Source: Chromatiales bacterium
Lineage (GTDB): Bacteria > Pseudomonadota > Gammaproteobacteria > Xanthomonadales > SZUA-36
Reading direction: 5' to 3'
Assembly: GCA_024640045.1 (NCBI GenBank)
Contig: JAHEFS010000002.1
Coordinates: 20,040-84,039, forward strand
DNA length: 64,000 bases
The notes under the pieces: generated by a model
What the model was told of the DNA's origin: nothing
The model's database searches: none
What the model saw: only the letters and a program-made list of their open reading frames with translations
Made by a program: the position numbers and the translations under genes
In this document: piece by piece, positions 44,303-54,706 of the stretch
Layout of the letters: every line of letters starts with the position of its first letter
How positions within the stretch are numbered: position 1 is the first letter of the stretch

Positions 44303-46474
44303 TCAGTTGACGACTGGTCTTTCCGCGACAATTGTCGGGGTCACGAACACCAACAGTTCGCGCTTTCTGGCGTCATTGGCCCGGCGCTTGAACAGGTTGC
44401 CGATGCCCGGAATGCTGCTCAGGTAAGGAACCCGATCTTCTTGACGGGTTCGCTCGTCCTGGAAAATACCGCCCAATACGACCGTTTCAGCATTGTTCAC
44501 CAACACACTGGTCTGCAATTCGCGCGTATCAATGGAAGGTATCTGCGCACCACCCACGCCCACGAAAATTTCACCCACCGTGTCTTGTTTAATTTCAAGT
44601 TCGAGTTGGATGCGATTATCCGGCGTAATCAAGGGCGTCACTCGTAATTCCAGCACGGCTTCCTTGAATGACACGTTGGTTGCTCCAGATGATGAGGCTT
44701 GCTGGTAGGGGATCTCGACACCCTGCTGAATAAAGGCCTCGGCCTGGTTGGCAGTCACGATGCGCGGCGTTGAAATGACCTCGCCCTCACCCTCGGCCTC
44801 CAGCGCAGACAATTCCAGGTCCAGCAGGTAGTCACCACTCAGGAAAGAAAGGCCAATGCTGCCGGCATTGGTTGCGCCCGCCGGCAAATTAACGTTATAG
44901 CGCTGAGGGATACCCGGGAGATCCAATAGCCCGTCATCACGCGGATTGGTTGCGGGATTGAGTAAGTCAGCACCTTCACCGTCTGCAGCCACCGCCAGGA
45001 TATTGCTGCCGTAGTGCAGAGTGGTAACGCCGAAACGTACACCCAGTTCATGGCTGAAATCACTGTTGGCTACGACAATGCGCGACTCGATCTGCACCTG
45101 CTCGACCGGGTGATCCAGTTCCGCGACCAGCCGCTGGATCTCCTCGATCCGGTCTGGTGTGTCCGTCACGAGCAGCGTGTTAGTCCGGGCGTCGATGGTC
45201 ACCGAGCCACGGTCAGACAACAGGCCTGCGTCAGCCATGTCATCACCCGACGAATCTTCAATCAGCGCTCTCAGATCCTCCGCCGTCGCGTAGCTCACGC
45301 TGATCATGGCCGTCCGTAGCGGCTCCAGTTCCTTGCGGTCCTGGATCGCCTGCAGCAACTGCTGTTCGCGCGCGGCGATGTCCGCCGCCGGTGCAATCCA
45401 GATCACGTTCCCATTGGTGCGCTTGTCGAGGTTGCGCGCATCCAGGATGATGTCCAGCGCCTGGTCCCACGGCACGTTGGTCAGGCGCAGGGTCAGGTTA
45501 CCGCTCACGTTATCGGCGACCACGATATTGAGGTCGGAGACATCCGCGATCAACTGCAATACGGAACGCACCTGGATATCCTGAAAATTAAAGGTCACCC
45601 GTGAGCCTTCGTAGGTTTTCTCTTCGTAAAACTGGAGTTTGTAGGGGTCCTCTTCGTCCGCGACTACTTTCAGTTCCGAAACCTCAATAATCAGTTCGTT
45701 TCCGGACTGATAGGCCAGGTGTTCAAAATCACCAGCAACAGACAGCTCCAGTTTGACGCCCTGGCCGGTGGGCCCCACATCAATGACCTGAACGGGAGTC
45801 GCAAAATCGACCACGTCCAGCAACTGGTTCAGGCGATCTGGCAGCACGGCGTCATAAATATCGACACTGAGCTGGCCCATACCCGGATCGGAGGCAAAGT
45901 TCGCTCCTTCCTGGTCGAGACTGACGATGACGCGGCTTTGACCGTTCTCGCCACGCCGAAAATCCACGTTTTCAACTGTGAAGCGCCCTTTGTAGGACGA
46001 TGTTGAAGCAATGCTCTGTGCTCCGCCGCCGGCAATGGTCAGCACCACTTCACCGCTGTCGGCCTGGTAGTCATATGACACAGGGCGTGAAAGATCGACC
46101 ATGACCCGGGTCCTGCTGCCCGCGCCAAGGGTCGTAAAGCTCTGAACCGCGCCGAGGCCTACCGAAACCGGGGTGGATTCCACCGAACTGCTCGTCTCCG
46201 CGAGATCCAGCACGATCCGCGCCGGGCTTTCTGTCTCAAAAACGCTGACCGATGGAACATCGCCTTCGGTCCGCAGGCGAATCACGATTTCACCACCGCT
46301 TCCCGACTGGAATTCAGCGGCTGTGACCTGCGTGTCGGCCAAAGCCTGGACGGACGGCGCCAGGAGAAATGCGAGGCACAGACCAAGATACCGGCCAGAA
46401 AGTCCGCTAGTCATTTTCCTTCCCCACAATCCAGTGATCGGTCCCTTGTTCATCTTGTCATCCTTACTCAACAT
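44303..46474 (-). CDS. pilQ: Type IV pilus secretin PilQ
   Basis: Signal peptide (LGLCLAFLLAPSVQALA), AMIN-like N-terminal repeats, and the secretin C-terminal domain with VPYLSSIPGIGNLFK. The start is ambiguous (46474, 46453 or 46414, each with an SD-like purine run). Confidence 0.9.
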   Translation of the reverse strand: MLSKDDKMNKGPITGLWGRKMTSGLSGRYLGLCLAFLLAPSVQALADTQVTAAEFQSGSGGEIVIRLRTEGDVPSVSVFETESPARIVLDLAETSSSVESTPVSVGLGAVQSFTTLGAGSRTRVMVDLSRPVSYDYQADSGEVVLTIAGGGAQSIASTSSYKGRFTVENVDFRRGENGQSRVIVSLDQEGANFASDPGMGQLSVDIYDAVLPDRLNQLLDVVDFATPVQVIDVGPTGQGVKLELSVAGDFEHLAYQSGNELIIEVSELKVVADEEDPYKLQFYEEKTYEGSRVTFNFQDIQVRSVLQLIADVSDLNIVVADNVSGNLTLRLTNVPWDQALDIILDARNLDKRTNGNVIWIAPAADIAAREQQLLQAIQDRKELEPLRTAMISVSYATAEDLRALIEDSSGDDMADAGLLSDRGSVTIDARTNTLLVTDTPDRIEEIQRLVAELDHPVEQVQIESRIVVANSDFSHELGVRFGVTTLHYGSNILAVAADGEGADLLNPATNPRDDGLLDLPGIPQRYNVNLPAGATNAGSIGLSFLSGDYLLDLELSALEAEGEGEVISTPRIVTANQAEAFIQQGVEIPYQQASSSGATNVSFKEAVLELRVTPLITPDNRIQLELEIKQDTVGEIFVGVGGAQIPSIDTRELQTSVLVNNAETVVLGGIFQDERTRQEDRVPYLSSIPGIGNLFKRRANDARKRELLVFVTPTIVAERPVVN

Positions 46475-46516
46475 GGCTTTTCCCTCGGGGAATCACGGTC
46501 CCTGCGTTTCCCGGTT

Positions 46517-47065
46517 TCAAGTGCCTTCCAGCGCCATCGAAGCTTCCCGCTCCAGCCAGCCGCCAGCTCCATCGGTAATCAATTCGCTCAGTATGATTTC
46601 TGTCGCCTCGATACGGGTCACCCGTCCATGGTTCTTGCCCATGTACTGGTTGACCGCCACCCGGTGAACGACGCCGTCCGGATCACGAATCAGACCCCAG
46701 TAACCCTCGCCTTGGGCGAATGTTCCTACCATCGCCAGCGTATCCAGCTCGAATCGCTCCAGGTACTCCCTGGGCCGGGTCAAGTCGGGCTGGGGGCCGG
46801 TCTTCCCGCCGACGGCGACCTGTTCGTCGATGCCTTCGGAGGTGGACGGGCGGAAGGGGTCACGGCCCGTCAGACCCTGGTACTGGTAGGGCGAATAGGT
46901 CTTGACGGCGGGAATCGGAGGAATCGGCTGCGCGGGCCGCGCCTTGATGTCGGTGATGTAGTTCCGCAAGTCACCCATGTCTTGCGAACAGGCAACGAGC
47001 AGAGCCGTGGCCAGGAGCAAAGACCATTTGCTTACTGCACGTTCAGGGGATCGTTCCTGTCTCAT
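46517..47065 (-). CDS. pilP: Type IV pilus assembly lipoprotein PilP
   Basis: Lipobox LLVACS. Its size and its position between pilO and pilQ fit PilP. ATGA overlap with pilO. Confidence 0.85.
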   Translation of the reverse strand: MRQERSPERAVSKWSLLLATALLVACSQDMGDLRNYITDIKARPAQPIPPIPAVKTYSPYQYQGLTGRDPFRPSTSEGIDEQVAVGGKTGPQPDLTRPREYLERFELDTLAMVGTFAQGEGYWGLIRDPDGVVHRVAVNQYMGKNHGRVTRIEATEIILSELITDGAGGWLEREASMALEGT

Positions 47066-47688
47066 GGCCCTGCCTCCGCCGCCAGTTCCGCGGCCTCGGC
47101 TTCATCGATATAGCGATAAGTCTTGACCTGGCCTTCCAGCAGGAGCCGCCCACTGGCTCCCTGGCCCGGGGCTGCGCGCAAGGAGATATCATGCATGGTC
47201 AGAATCACCACGCGTGGTAACGAGGCCACACCGCCGACGAAATCTCCAAACTGGTGGTAATCGCCCATCATGCGGATGGCGATCGGTCGTTCGGCATAGA
47301 AATCCTTGGGTTCTTCCGACAGGGGCTCGAACAGCTGGACGTCGATGCCAGCCGCCAGCGCGGTCTGAGAAACATCCACCAACAACTTGTCCATTTCAGT
47401 CTTGCTGGGTAATTGGCGGAACATGGTCTGCAGCAACTCTCGCATCTCAACAAGCTGCTCCTCGTAAGCTTCCAGGTTGGCAGCTTTCTGCTGTTTCGCT
47501 TCGAAATCGCTGCGCAGGGCGAACTCCTGCTGCCGGACCCCCTCGAGTTCATCCCACTTATCACTGAAAACGAGGAAGTAACCGATGACCAACAGAACGA
47601 TGAGCAGCAAAGCCAGCAGGGTATAGCGTACCGTCGACGGTGCGCTACCGAGGTCGGTATAATCGACGTGACGGAAATCACTCAGCAT
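47062..47688 (-). CDS. pilO: Type IV pilus assembly protein PilO
   Basis: 208 aa, a single-TM bitopic protein with a coiled coil. It sits in the conserved position in pilMNOPQ. Confidence 0.85.
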   Translation of the reverse strand: MLSDFRHVDYTDLGSAPSTVRYTLLALLLIVLLVIGYFLVFSDKWDELEGVRQQEFALRSDFEAKQQKAANLEAYEEQLVEMRELLQTMFRQLPSKTEMDKLLVDVSQTALAAGIDVQLFEPLSEEPKDFYAERPIAIRMMGDYHQFGDFVGGVASLPRVVILTMHDISLRAAPGQGASGRLLLEGQVKTYRYIDEAEAAELAAEAGP

Positions 47689-48299
47689 CAGTCAGTCCCT
47701 CCCTCTTCGTCGAATTCCTCGTATTCGAGGTATCCCTCTTCTTCGCCCTTGTCGACGGGACGCAGTTTTACGTTGATCGAGAATTCGTAAGGCTCAACCG
47801 GAGTCATCGGCCTTTGTGACGTTTTGACGACGCTCAGTTGTGGGTCCAGGAACAAATCGCTCACATCCAGGCTCTGCAGGTAGGCGGAAACCCGGGCGTT
47901 CGACTGGCTGTAACCGGAGAGGGTCACGTTCATGCCCTGCTGGCGCACTGCGTTGAGCGTGATCCCCACCGGAATCGATTTGGCCAGTTTGTCCAGCAAT
48001 TCCACGGTCATGGAGCGGCTCGCCTGCAGGTCTTCGATGATGCGCTTGCGCGACAAAAGTCGCTCACGCGTCTGTTCCAACTGCTCGATGCGCTTGATGC
48101 GGGTTTGCAAGGCGCTAATCTCGTTGCGCAGCACCTGGTTTCGAGCTTCCTGGTGATTGATGCGCTGGTCGAACATCATCCCGACCAGAAAAATCAGGAC
48201 CACGCCGAGGATGGCTGTCATCAGGATCGAGATCATGAACTGTCGCTGGCGCTCTTTGCGCAACTCCTCGCGCCAGGGTAGCAGGTTGATTCTTGCCAT
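47688..48299 (-). CDS. pilN: Type IV pilus assembly protein PilN
   Basis: The conserved N-terminus MARINLLPWREELRKERQRQF is followed by a TM segment. It has 1-nt overlaps with both neighbours. Confidence 0.85.
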   Translation of the reverse strand: MARINLLPWREELRKERQRQFMISILMTAILGVVLIFLVGMMFDQRINHQEARNQVLRNEISALQTRIKRIEQLEQTRERLLSRKRIIEDLQASRSMTVELLDKLAKSIPVGITLNAVRQQGMNVTLSGYSQSNARVSAYLQSLDVSDLFLDPQLSVVKTSQRPMTPVEPYEFSINVKLRPVDKGEEEGYLEYEEFDEEGGTD

Positions 48300-49357
48300 T
48301 AGTCAAACCCTCGCAAGGCCAGCCCCATCGCCACCATCAGGTTCGGCGCATGCCGCATCAATGAAGCATGCGGCACCGAAGGCGCGATCTCCAGACCTGA
48401 GACCGGGTCGGCGACACGGGTCGTGAGTCCGAGTTCCCGTTGCACCATTTCAGCAACTCCTTTCAGTGAGGTCGATCCGCCGGAAAGGTAAATCGTGCTG
48501 ATGGGAGAGTATTCGTTGGAGGATGCGAAAAACTGCAGAGCCCGGCTAATCTGGTGGACGATATTGAGCTGGAAGGGCTCCAGCACCTCGTCCTCGAAAT
48601 CTTCCGGGCCGTCTTCGCCGCGCTCGAAGAAACCGGCTTGCTCCTCATCCATGTCATATCGGCGCATCGTCTCTTCCCGCAGCAACTGGCTGCCGAAGGG
48701 ATGGTCGCGCGTGTAAATGACCCTGCCGTTTCGTAAGACCAGCAACATGGTCAGGTCATAGCCGATGTCGAAAATTCCGACCGCTTCGCTTTTGCTCAAT
48801 CCGTCGCGTTCACGCATGAGCTCGAAGGCGTTGGAGATGGCAAATGCCTCGACGTCCACCACTTTGGCTTTCAGCCCGGCAGCATCGATCGCATCCTGGC
48901 GGCTTTCAACGTTCTCGCTCTTGCTGGCCGCCAACAGGATATCGACCATGTCGGGATTGCGTGGCGAAGGCCCCAGAACCTCGAAGTCCAGACTGACTTC
49001 ATCCAGGGGGTAAGGCACATACTGATTCGCTTCGACCTGGACCTGGCTCTCCACGTCAGACTCGGCGAGATTGGAAGGCAGGCTGATCGTCTTGGTGAAA
49101 ACTGCTGAACCGGAAACTGCGATCGCGCATTGTTTGGCCTGGGAACCTGAGTTCGTGACCGCGCGCTGGATGGCGCTCGATACTCCCTCGATGTCCTGCA
49201 CAGACTTTTCCACCACCACGCCCTTGCCCACGGGCTCGGTTGCGAAGTGCTCAATGCGATAGCCGGATGGGGTTTCCGACAACTGCAAGACGCGCACGCT
49301 GGCGGAGCCGATATCCAAACCAATCATCGGTACTGGCTTGCTCTTGAACAGTTTCAA
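48299..49357 (-). CDS. pilM: Type IV pilus assembly ATPase-fold protein PilM
   Basis: Actin-like fold sequence (IGLDIGSASVRVLQL...). It has a TTG start at 49357; the alternative is ATG at 49327. It is divergent from ponA, as in many Gammaproteobacteria. Confidence 0.9.
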   Translation of the reverse strand: MKLFKSKPVPMIGLDIGSASVRVLQLSETPSGYRIEHFATEPVGKGVVVEKSVQDIEGVSSAIQRAVTNSGSQAKQCAIAVSGSAVFTKTISLPSNLAESDVESQVQVEANQYVPYPLDEVSLDFEVLGPSPRNPDMVDILLAASKSENVESRQDAIDAAGLKAKVVDVEAFAISNAFELMRERDGLSKSEAVGIFDIGYDLTMLLVLRNGRVIYTRDHPFGSQLLREETMRRYDMDEEQAGFFERGEDGPEDFEDEVLEPFQLNIVHQISRALQFFASSNEYSPISTIYLSGGSTSLKGVAEMVQRELGLTTRVADPVSGLEIAPSVPHASLMRHAPNLMVAMGLALRGFD

Positions 49358-49671
49358 TTTCCCTAATCCTTTTCTGTGCCAATGGCTTATTGAAACTTCT
49401 TACGCCCGTTTTTAACAGAAAGACGCACAATACTCAATGCTCCAGCACAAGTATCTGGCTTCCCGCGGAAAGGGCAAATAGCGCCATTCACACGGGGTGC
49501 CTTGCTTACAAACAGGGGAAACTCTTGGTCTTGCGCGTGGTCAACACTCGTCGAAACCGGCTGCTTCCCTGTCTGCCGCAGTGTATCTTATCCGTTTCGC
49601 CCCAATGGAAATTGGGCGACCTGGCATTAAGAATATCCTTTTCTCGGGACTAAGCATAGCAGGATCAACGC

Positions 49672-52161
49672 GTGAAGAAAGTGTTTCGCTGGATTTTTCG
49701 ATTGACGGTTGCCGGATTCGTAGCCGGTATAGTGACCATTTTCGTCACCTACCTCGTCATTGCACCTGAGCTGCCGGATGTGCAGAGCTTACGTGATATC
49801 CAGCTCCAGGTACCCTTGCGTGTTTACACTTCGGACCGGCGGCTCATCTCGGTCTATGGCGAAAAGCGCCGCATACCTGTCAGCATTGAAGACATACCGG
49901 ATTGGCTCAAGAATGCGTTCATCGCGGGTGAGGATGCGCGCTTTTACAAGCACCCCGGCGTGGACTACCAGGGCCTCAGCCGGGCGGTCTTCACGCTTGT
50001 TACCACCGGCGAAAAGTCCATCGGCGGCAGCACCATCACGCAGATGCTGGCCCGCAATTTCTTTCTAACACTGGACAAGACATTCACCCGTAAAACCAAG
50101 GAAATCTTCCTGGCGCTCAGAATCGAGCGGGAACTGTCCAAGGACGAAATCCTGGAGTTGTTCCTCAACAAGATATTGTTGGGCCACCGGGCCTACGGTG
50201 TCGGTGCGGCCGCCGAGGTCTATTACGGCAAGGAGTTGGGGCAGCTCACGCTGGCCCAATGCGCCATGATCGCCTCGTTGGCCAAGGCACCCTCTCGCAT
50301 TAACCCCATCACCTCGCCCGAACGCGCGCTGGAGCGCCGCAACTACGTTCTCGAGCGAATGCACGAGCTAGGCTATATCGACGAGATGGCTTACCTGGAG
50401 GCCGTCAAGGAACGTGACAACGCTTTCTATCATGGGCCAACAACGGAAGTGTCCGCGCCCTATCTTGCCGAGATGGTCAGGCAGGAAGCGATCTCCCTGT
50501 TGGGCGACCAGGTATATACCGGGGGCTTTGAAGTCACGACCACGATCGCCTCGAACATGCAGCAGGCTGCGAACCTATCCGTTATGACTGGCCTGGAGGA
50601 ATATGACCATCGCCATGGTTACCGGGGTGCCGAAGCGAAAGTTGAACTGGCAGAAGGGTCTACCACGACCGACTGGGACGCAGCACTCAACCCTTTCGGC
50701 CCAATCGCCGGCCTGGCGCCAGGCCTCGTCATCGAGGCGGACGCCGAGGTGGCCCTCGTTTATCTCGAGAACAGCCAGACGGTGGCCCTGCCACTCGACT
50801 CCATGGAATGGGCCCGACCGTTTATCGATCGCGACCGGGTTGGCTCGTCTCCCAAGTTGGTGGCCGATGTGCTGAGCCGAGGCGATATCATCCGGGTTCG
50901 CCTTCATGATGACGGCAGCTGGCATCTTTCCCAGTTGCCGGAAACCGAGGCAGCGCTGGTGTCTCTGGACCCGCAGAGCGGTGCCATCAAAGCCCTGGTT
51001 GGGGGCTACGATTACAGCCGCAGCAAGTGGAACCGGGTCGTTCAGACCAAACGCCAACCAGGCTCCTCATTCAAACCCTTCCTCTATTCGGCTGCGCTGG
51101 CGAATGGTTTTACCACGGCCAGCCTGATCAACGATGCTCCGATCGTGTTCGAAGATGAAGAGCTTGAGCGCACCTGGAAGCCGCAAAATTTCAGTGAAAA
51201 GTTTTTCGGCCCGACGAGAATGCGGGAAGCCATGGTCAATTCCCGGAACCTCGTCTCCATTCGAATGTTGCGCGCCCTGGGTATCAGCACGGCGCGTGAA
51301 TACATCAGTGCTTTCGGATTCAGCCTGGCTGATCTTCCCCCCAACCTCTCCATGGCACTGGGCAGCGCCAACCTCGCACCGCTTTCGCTCGCCCGCGGAT
51401 ACGCCACATTCGCCAACGGCGGTTTCCTGATCGAGCCTTATTTCATTGAACGCATCACCGATATTTCCGGCGCAGCCGTGTACCAGGCTGCTCCCGCCAG
51501 GGTTTGCCGGGACTGCAACGGGGATATCCCGGAATCCGCCAGTGTCAGCCCGCCTGAAGCCGCAGCCGAGCGGCCAGAATACCGGCCACTGGGACTGCCT
51601 GCCGAAAACGCAGAAGCCGACGACGAGGGCACTTCAGTCTCCGCGAGGCCCGACCCGAATCCGCGTTACGCCGAGCAGGTCATCAGCCCGCAAAATGCCT
51701 ACCTGGTCCGTTCCATGATGATGGATGTCATCCAGCGCGGCACCGGAACCCGCGCAAAGGAACTGGGCCGCTCTGATCTGGCCGGAAAAACGGGCACCAC
51801 CAATGAGCAACGAGACGCCTGGTTTTCCGGCTACAACGACCACCTGGTCACCACCGTCTGGGTGGGCTTCGACAACTTTGAACCCCTGGGCCGATACGAA
51901 GTGGGAGGACGTGCAGCCTTGCCCGTGTGGATCGACTTCATGCGCGTGGCGCTGGACGGTATAGCGGACACACCTCCGGTCATGCCAGACGGTCTGGCCT
52001 CGGCGCGCATCGACCCCGAAACCGGTCTGCTCGCGGCACTTGATAATCCGGACGCTATCGTGGAATTATTCGAAGCGGGGAACCTGCCCCGAATGGAACA
52101 GGCTGCCGAAGGAGTCGATCCCGATGCCGCGTCGGAAGAAGATCCATACGACCTTTATTGA
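49672..52161 (+). CDS. mrcA: Penicillin-binding protein 1A (bifunctional glycosyltransferase/transpeptidase)
   Basis: GTG start with AGGA upstream. GT51 motifs (EDARFYKHPGVDY, GGSTITQM, RKTKE). Transpeptidase motifs SSFKPF (SxxK), SRN and KTGTT. Confidence 0.9.
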   Translation: MKKVFRWIFRLTVAGFVAGIVTIFVTYLVIAPELPDVQSLRDIQLQVPLRVYTSDRRLISVYGEKRRIPVSIEDIPDWLKNAFIAGEDARFYKHPGVDYQGLSRAVFTLVTTGEKSIGGSTITQMLARNFFLTLDKTFTRKTKEIFLALRIERELSKDEILELFLNKILLGHRAYGVGAAAEVYYGKELGQLTLAQCAMIASLAKAPSRINPITSPERALERRNYVLERMHELGYIDEMAYLEAVKERDNAFYHGPTTEVSAPYLAEMVRQEAISLLGDQVYTGGFEVTTTIASNMQQAANLSVMTGLEEYDHRHGYRGAEAKVELAEGSTTTDWDAALNPFGPIAGLAPGLVIEADAEVALVYLENSQTVALPLDSMEWARPFIDRDRVGSSPKLVADVLSRGDIIRVRLHDDGSWHLSQLPETEAALVSLDPQSGAIKALVGGYDYSRSKWNRVVQTKRQPGSSFKPFLYSAALANGFTTASLINDAPIVFEDEELERTWKPQNFSEKFFGPTRMREAMVNSRNLVSIRMLRALGISTAREYISAFGFSLADLPPNLSMALGSANLAPLSLARGYATFANGGFLIEPYFIERITDISGAAVYQAAPARVCRDCNGDIPESASVSPPEAAAERPEYRPLGLPAENAEADDEGTSVSARPDPNPRYAEQVISPQNAYLVRSMMMDVIQRGTGTRAKELGRSDLAGKTGTTNEQRDAWFSGYNDHLVTTVWVGFDNFEPLGRYEVGGRAALPVWIDFMRVALDGIADTPPVMPDGLASARIDPETGLLAALDNPDAIVELFEAGNLPRMEQAAEGVDPDAASEEDPYDLY

Positions 52162-52804
52162 CCGGGCGCTACTGGCTGATGAAGCCGATGCCTCGTTGCC
52201 TCGCAGCGTACGCAGGATGCGCCAGTTGCGGCGCGACATCGCCGAAGAGGCAGCCCGGATCATGGCGACCGAATCGCAACGCAATTATCGGGTCGCAAAA
52301 CAAAAGGCAGCAGCGCGCATCGGTATCAGTTCGAAACTGGCTTTACCCAGCAACCGTGAGGTTGAGTCTGCCCTGCGCGCGTACCAGGGCTTGTTTGGCG
52401 GCCAGCAACATGAACACCAACTCGAAATTCTGCGTGAAACGGCACTCAAGGTCATGCGGGCATTGGAGGCCTTCGGCCCCCGCCTGGTCGGTCCGGTTCT
52501 CGACGGAACCGCGGATCGCAATTCGCGGGTGTCGCTACACCTTTTCAGTGATCCGACCGACGAGGTCGTCCTGGACCTGGGAGAGCGCGGGGTGGTCTAC
52601 CGGCAGGAAGAAAGAACGATCCGGTGGCACGACGGGACACACCGTCGAATTCCTTTGCTGGTGACGGAAGCGGACGGAATCACCGTTGAGCTGGCGCTGT
52701 TCAGCAAGAAAGACCAGCGGCAGGCCCCGCCGTGCCCGATCGACGGGCACCCGCAAAGGCGAGCGCCCATCGCTGAAGTCGAGTGCCTGCTGGCAGGCGC
52801 CTGA
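52124..52804 (+). CDS. Conserved-looking hypothetical protein (function unknown)
   Basis: The ATG at 52124 is preceded by a strong SD, GAAGGAG, 9 nt upstream, located inside the mrcA 3' end (38-nt overlap). 226 aa. Basic N-terminus MPRRKKIHT. I recognise no family. Confidence 0.55.
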   Translation: MPRRKKIHTTFIDRALLADEADASLPRSVRRMRQLRRDIAEEAARIMATESQRNYRVAKQKAAARIGISSKLALPSNREVESALRAYQGLFGGQQHEHQLEILRETALKVMRALEAFGPRLVGPVLDGTADRNSRVSLHLFSDPTDEVVLDLGERGVVYRQEERTIRWHDGTHRRIPLLVTEADGITVELALFSKKDQRQAPPCPIDGHPQRRAPIAEVECLLAGA

Positions 52805-52814
52805 CCGGCAGCGC

Positions 52815-54104
52815 TCAGCGCTGTTCGATATCGACGTACGGCCTTTCCGCCGGGCCCGTGTAAACCTGTCGGGGACGGCCGATTCGTGACGGATTGTTCG
52901 CCTGCTCAAGCCACTGCGAAACCCAACCAACCGTTCGGGCGATGGCAAACATCACCGTGAACATGCTCACCGGTATGCCCAGGGCACGGTAAATAATGCC
53001 GGAATAGAAATCGACATTCGGATAGAGCTTCTTCTCGATGAAATACTCATCTTCCAGTGCAATACGCTCAAGCTCCATGGCCAGGTCCATCAGCGGATCG
53101 GACCTTCCCAACTCGTCCAGCACCTCGTGGGCGGCCTCACGGATGATGGAGGCACGCGGATCGTAATTCTTGTAGACGCGATGGCCGAAGCCCATCAATC
53201 GGAAAGGATCATCCCGGTCCTTGGCCTTGTCCACGAACTTGGCCACATTCGAAACATGCCCGATTTGTTCGAGCATCTTGAGCACTTCTTCGTTGGCGCC
53301 ACCATGAGCCGGGCCCCACAAGGCCGAAATCCCGGCCGCCACGCAGGCGTAGGGATTGGCGCCAGTTGAACCAACCAGCCGCACCGTCGAAGTGCTGGCA
53401 TTCTGTTCGTGATCGGCGTGCAGAATAAACAACAGGTCAAACGCCTTCGCCGCAACGGGGCTGACCTTGTAACTCTCCGCCGGAACGGAGAACATCATGT
53501 GCAGGAAACGCTCGGTATAACTTAAATTGTTGAGCGGATATGCGCTGGGCCAACCCATGTAGTGGCGATAGCAGGCGGCCGCAAGGGTCGGCATCTTGGC
53601 GATCATGCGCATAGCCGCCAGCTTCCGCTCCACCGGGTTGTTCATGTCCAGCTTGGCATGGTAGAAAGCCGCCAGGGAACCAACCACCCCGGCCATCATG
53701 GCCATCGGGTGTGCGTCGAAATGGAAGCCGGATATGAAAGTGTTCAGCTTCTCGTGCACCATCGAGTGGTAGGTAATTTCATTGACGAATTCGGTGTATT
53801 CGTCCTGATTCGGCAACTCACCGTTCAACAACAGGAAAGCAACTTCCAGAAATGAACTGCTCTCGGCGAGTTGCTCGATCGGATAACCGCGGTATCGCAG
53901 GATGCCCTTGCCACCGTCGATGAACGTGATCTTGCTGGTACAACTGGCCGTTCCGGCATAACCAGGGTCATAGGTGAAGTAGCCCAGCTCCGGCGCTACC
54001 GACTTGATATCGAGCGTTGGTTCACCTTCGGTTCCGCGAATGATGGGCAGTTCGACACTTTTTCCAGTATTTTGATCGGTCAGGATCACAGGCTTGTCAG
54101 ACAC
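52815..54104 (-). CDS. gltA: Citrate synthase (type II, hexameric class)
   Basis: GTG start with AGGAGG 6 nt upstream. 429 aa. [15 protein letters not shown] and [13 protein letters not shown] are the catalytic signatures. Confidence 0.95.
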   Translation of the reverse strand: MSDKPVILTDQNTGKSVELPIIRGTEGEPTLDIKSVAPELGYFTYDPGYAGTASCTSKITFIDGGKGILRYRGYPIEQLAESSSFLEVAFLLLNGELPNQDEYTEFVNEITYHSMVHEKLNTFISGFHFDAHPMAMMAGVVGSLAAFYHAKLDMNNPVERKLAAMRMIAKMPTLAAACYRHYMGWPSAYPLNNLSYTERFLHMMFSVPAESYKVSPVAAKAFDLLFILHADHEQNASTSTVRLVGSTGANPYACVAAGISALWGPAHGGANEEVLKMLEQIGHVSNVAKFVDKAKDRDDPFRLMGFGHRVYKNYDPRASIIREAAHEVLDELGRSDPLMDLAMELERIALEDEYFIEKKLYPNVDFYSGIIYRALGIPVSMFTVMFAIARTVGWVSQWLEQANNPSRIGRPRQVYTGPAERPYVDIEQR

Positions 54105-54280
54105 CGGGGCCTCCTAGGTTTCCTTAGAAACGAATTTTTCTGAAGCATCCGGCATGACAGGTGCCGGATTGCCGACCACCGCCGGAGGCTCGCCGGGGGT
54201 ACCCTTAAAGCCGCGGGGCAGAATCCAGAAAGTATCGCACGTGGCCCTTGACCTTGCCAGTCATCCCGTTGACTGCCGCC

Positions 54281-54316
54281 AAAGAAAAAGCCCGAAGCAG
54301 GCAACTGCTTCGGGCT
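54281..54316 (-). terminator. Rho-independent terminator of rpmE2
   Basis: On the minus strand: AGCCCGAAGCAG-ttgc-CTGCTTCGGGCT followed by TTTTTCTTTGG, 30 nt after the L31 stop. Confidence 0.75.
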
Positions 54317-54345
54317 CGATACGCGATCCGTGTTCTGGGTTGCGC

Positions 54346-54588
54346 TTACTTGTTGTAGCGGCGCTTGAAGCGGTCGACCCGGCCACCGGAATCCAGCACT
54401 TTATGCTGACCGGTATAGAACGGGTGCGAGGCACTGGAGACTTCCACCTTTACAAGCGGGTACTCCTTGCCGTCTTCCCACTTGATCGTTTCCTTGGTCT
54501 CGATGGTCGAGCGGGTCAGGAACGAAAAATCGGAGGAAAGATCCTGGAAGACCACTTCACGATATTCCGGATGAATGTCAGCTTTCAT
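54346..54588 (-). CDS. rpmE2: 50S ribosomal protein L31, type B (no zinc-binding cysteines)
   Basis: [28 protein letters not shown]...[14 protein letters not shown]...RFKRRYNK. 80 aa from the ATG at 54588. It has no Cys residues, hence the type B (YkgM-like) form. Confidence 0.9.
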   Translation of the reverse strand: MKADIHPEYREVVFQDLSSDFSFLTRSTIETKETIKWEDGKEYPLVKVEVSSASHPFYTGQHKVLDSGGRVDRFKRRYNK

Positions 54589-54706
54589 GATTAATCCCGA
54601 GTTGGTGCCGAATTCAGAAGGGCGCAAAGTTTAACGGCCTGGATACGGCTTTGCAAGCCGAAAAGCCGCTTTTCGCGGAGCGGGCAGCCTGTCCGGTAAC
54701 GTGAAC

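Noticed and set aside
49358-49671. A possible ncRNA or tRNA in the 314-nt pilM-ponA divergent intergenic region
   Set aside because: I saw only a short bulged hairpin (CGCCCCAAT...ATTGGGCG, around 49599-49619) with no U-tract and no tRNA-like cloverleaf. The space is adequately explained by two divergent promoters and leaders.
54589-54706. Zur box upstream of the type-B L31 gene
   Set aside because: No AT-rich palindrome resembling the Zur consensus is present in the 118 nt upstream.
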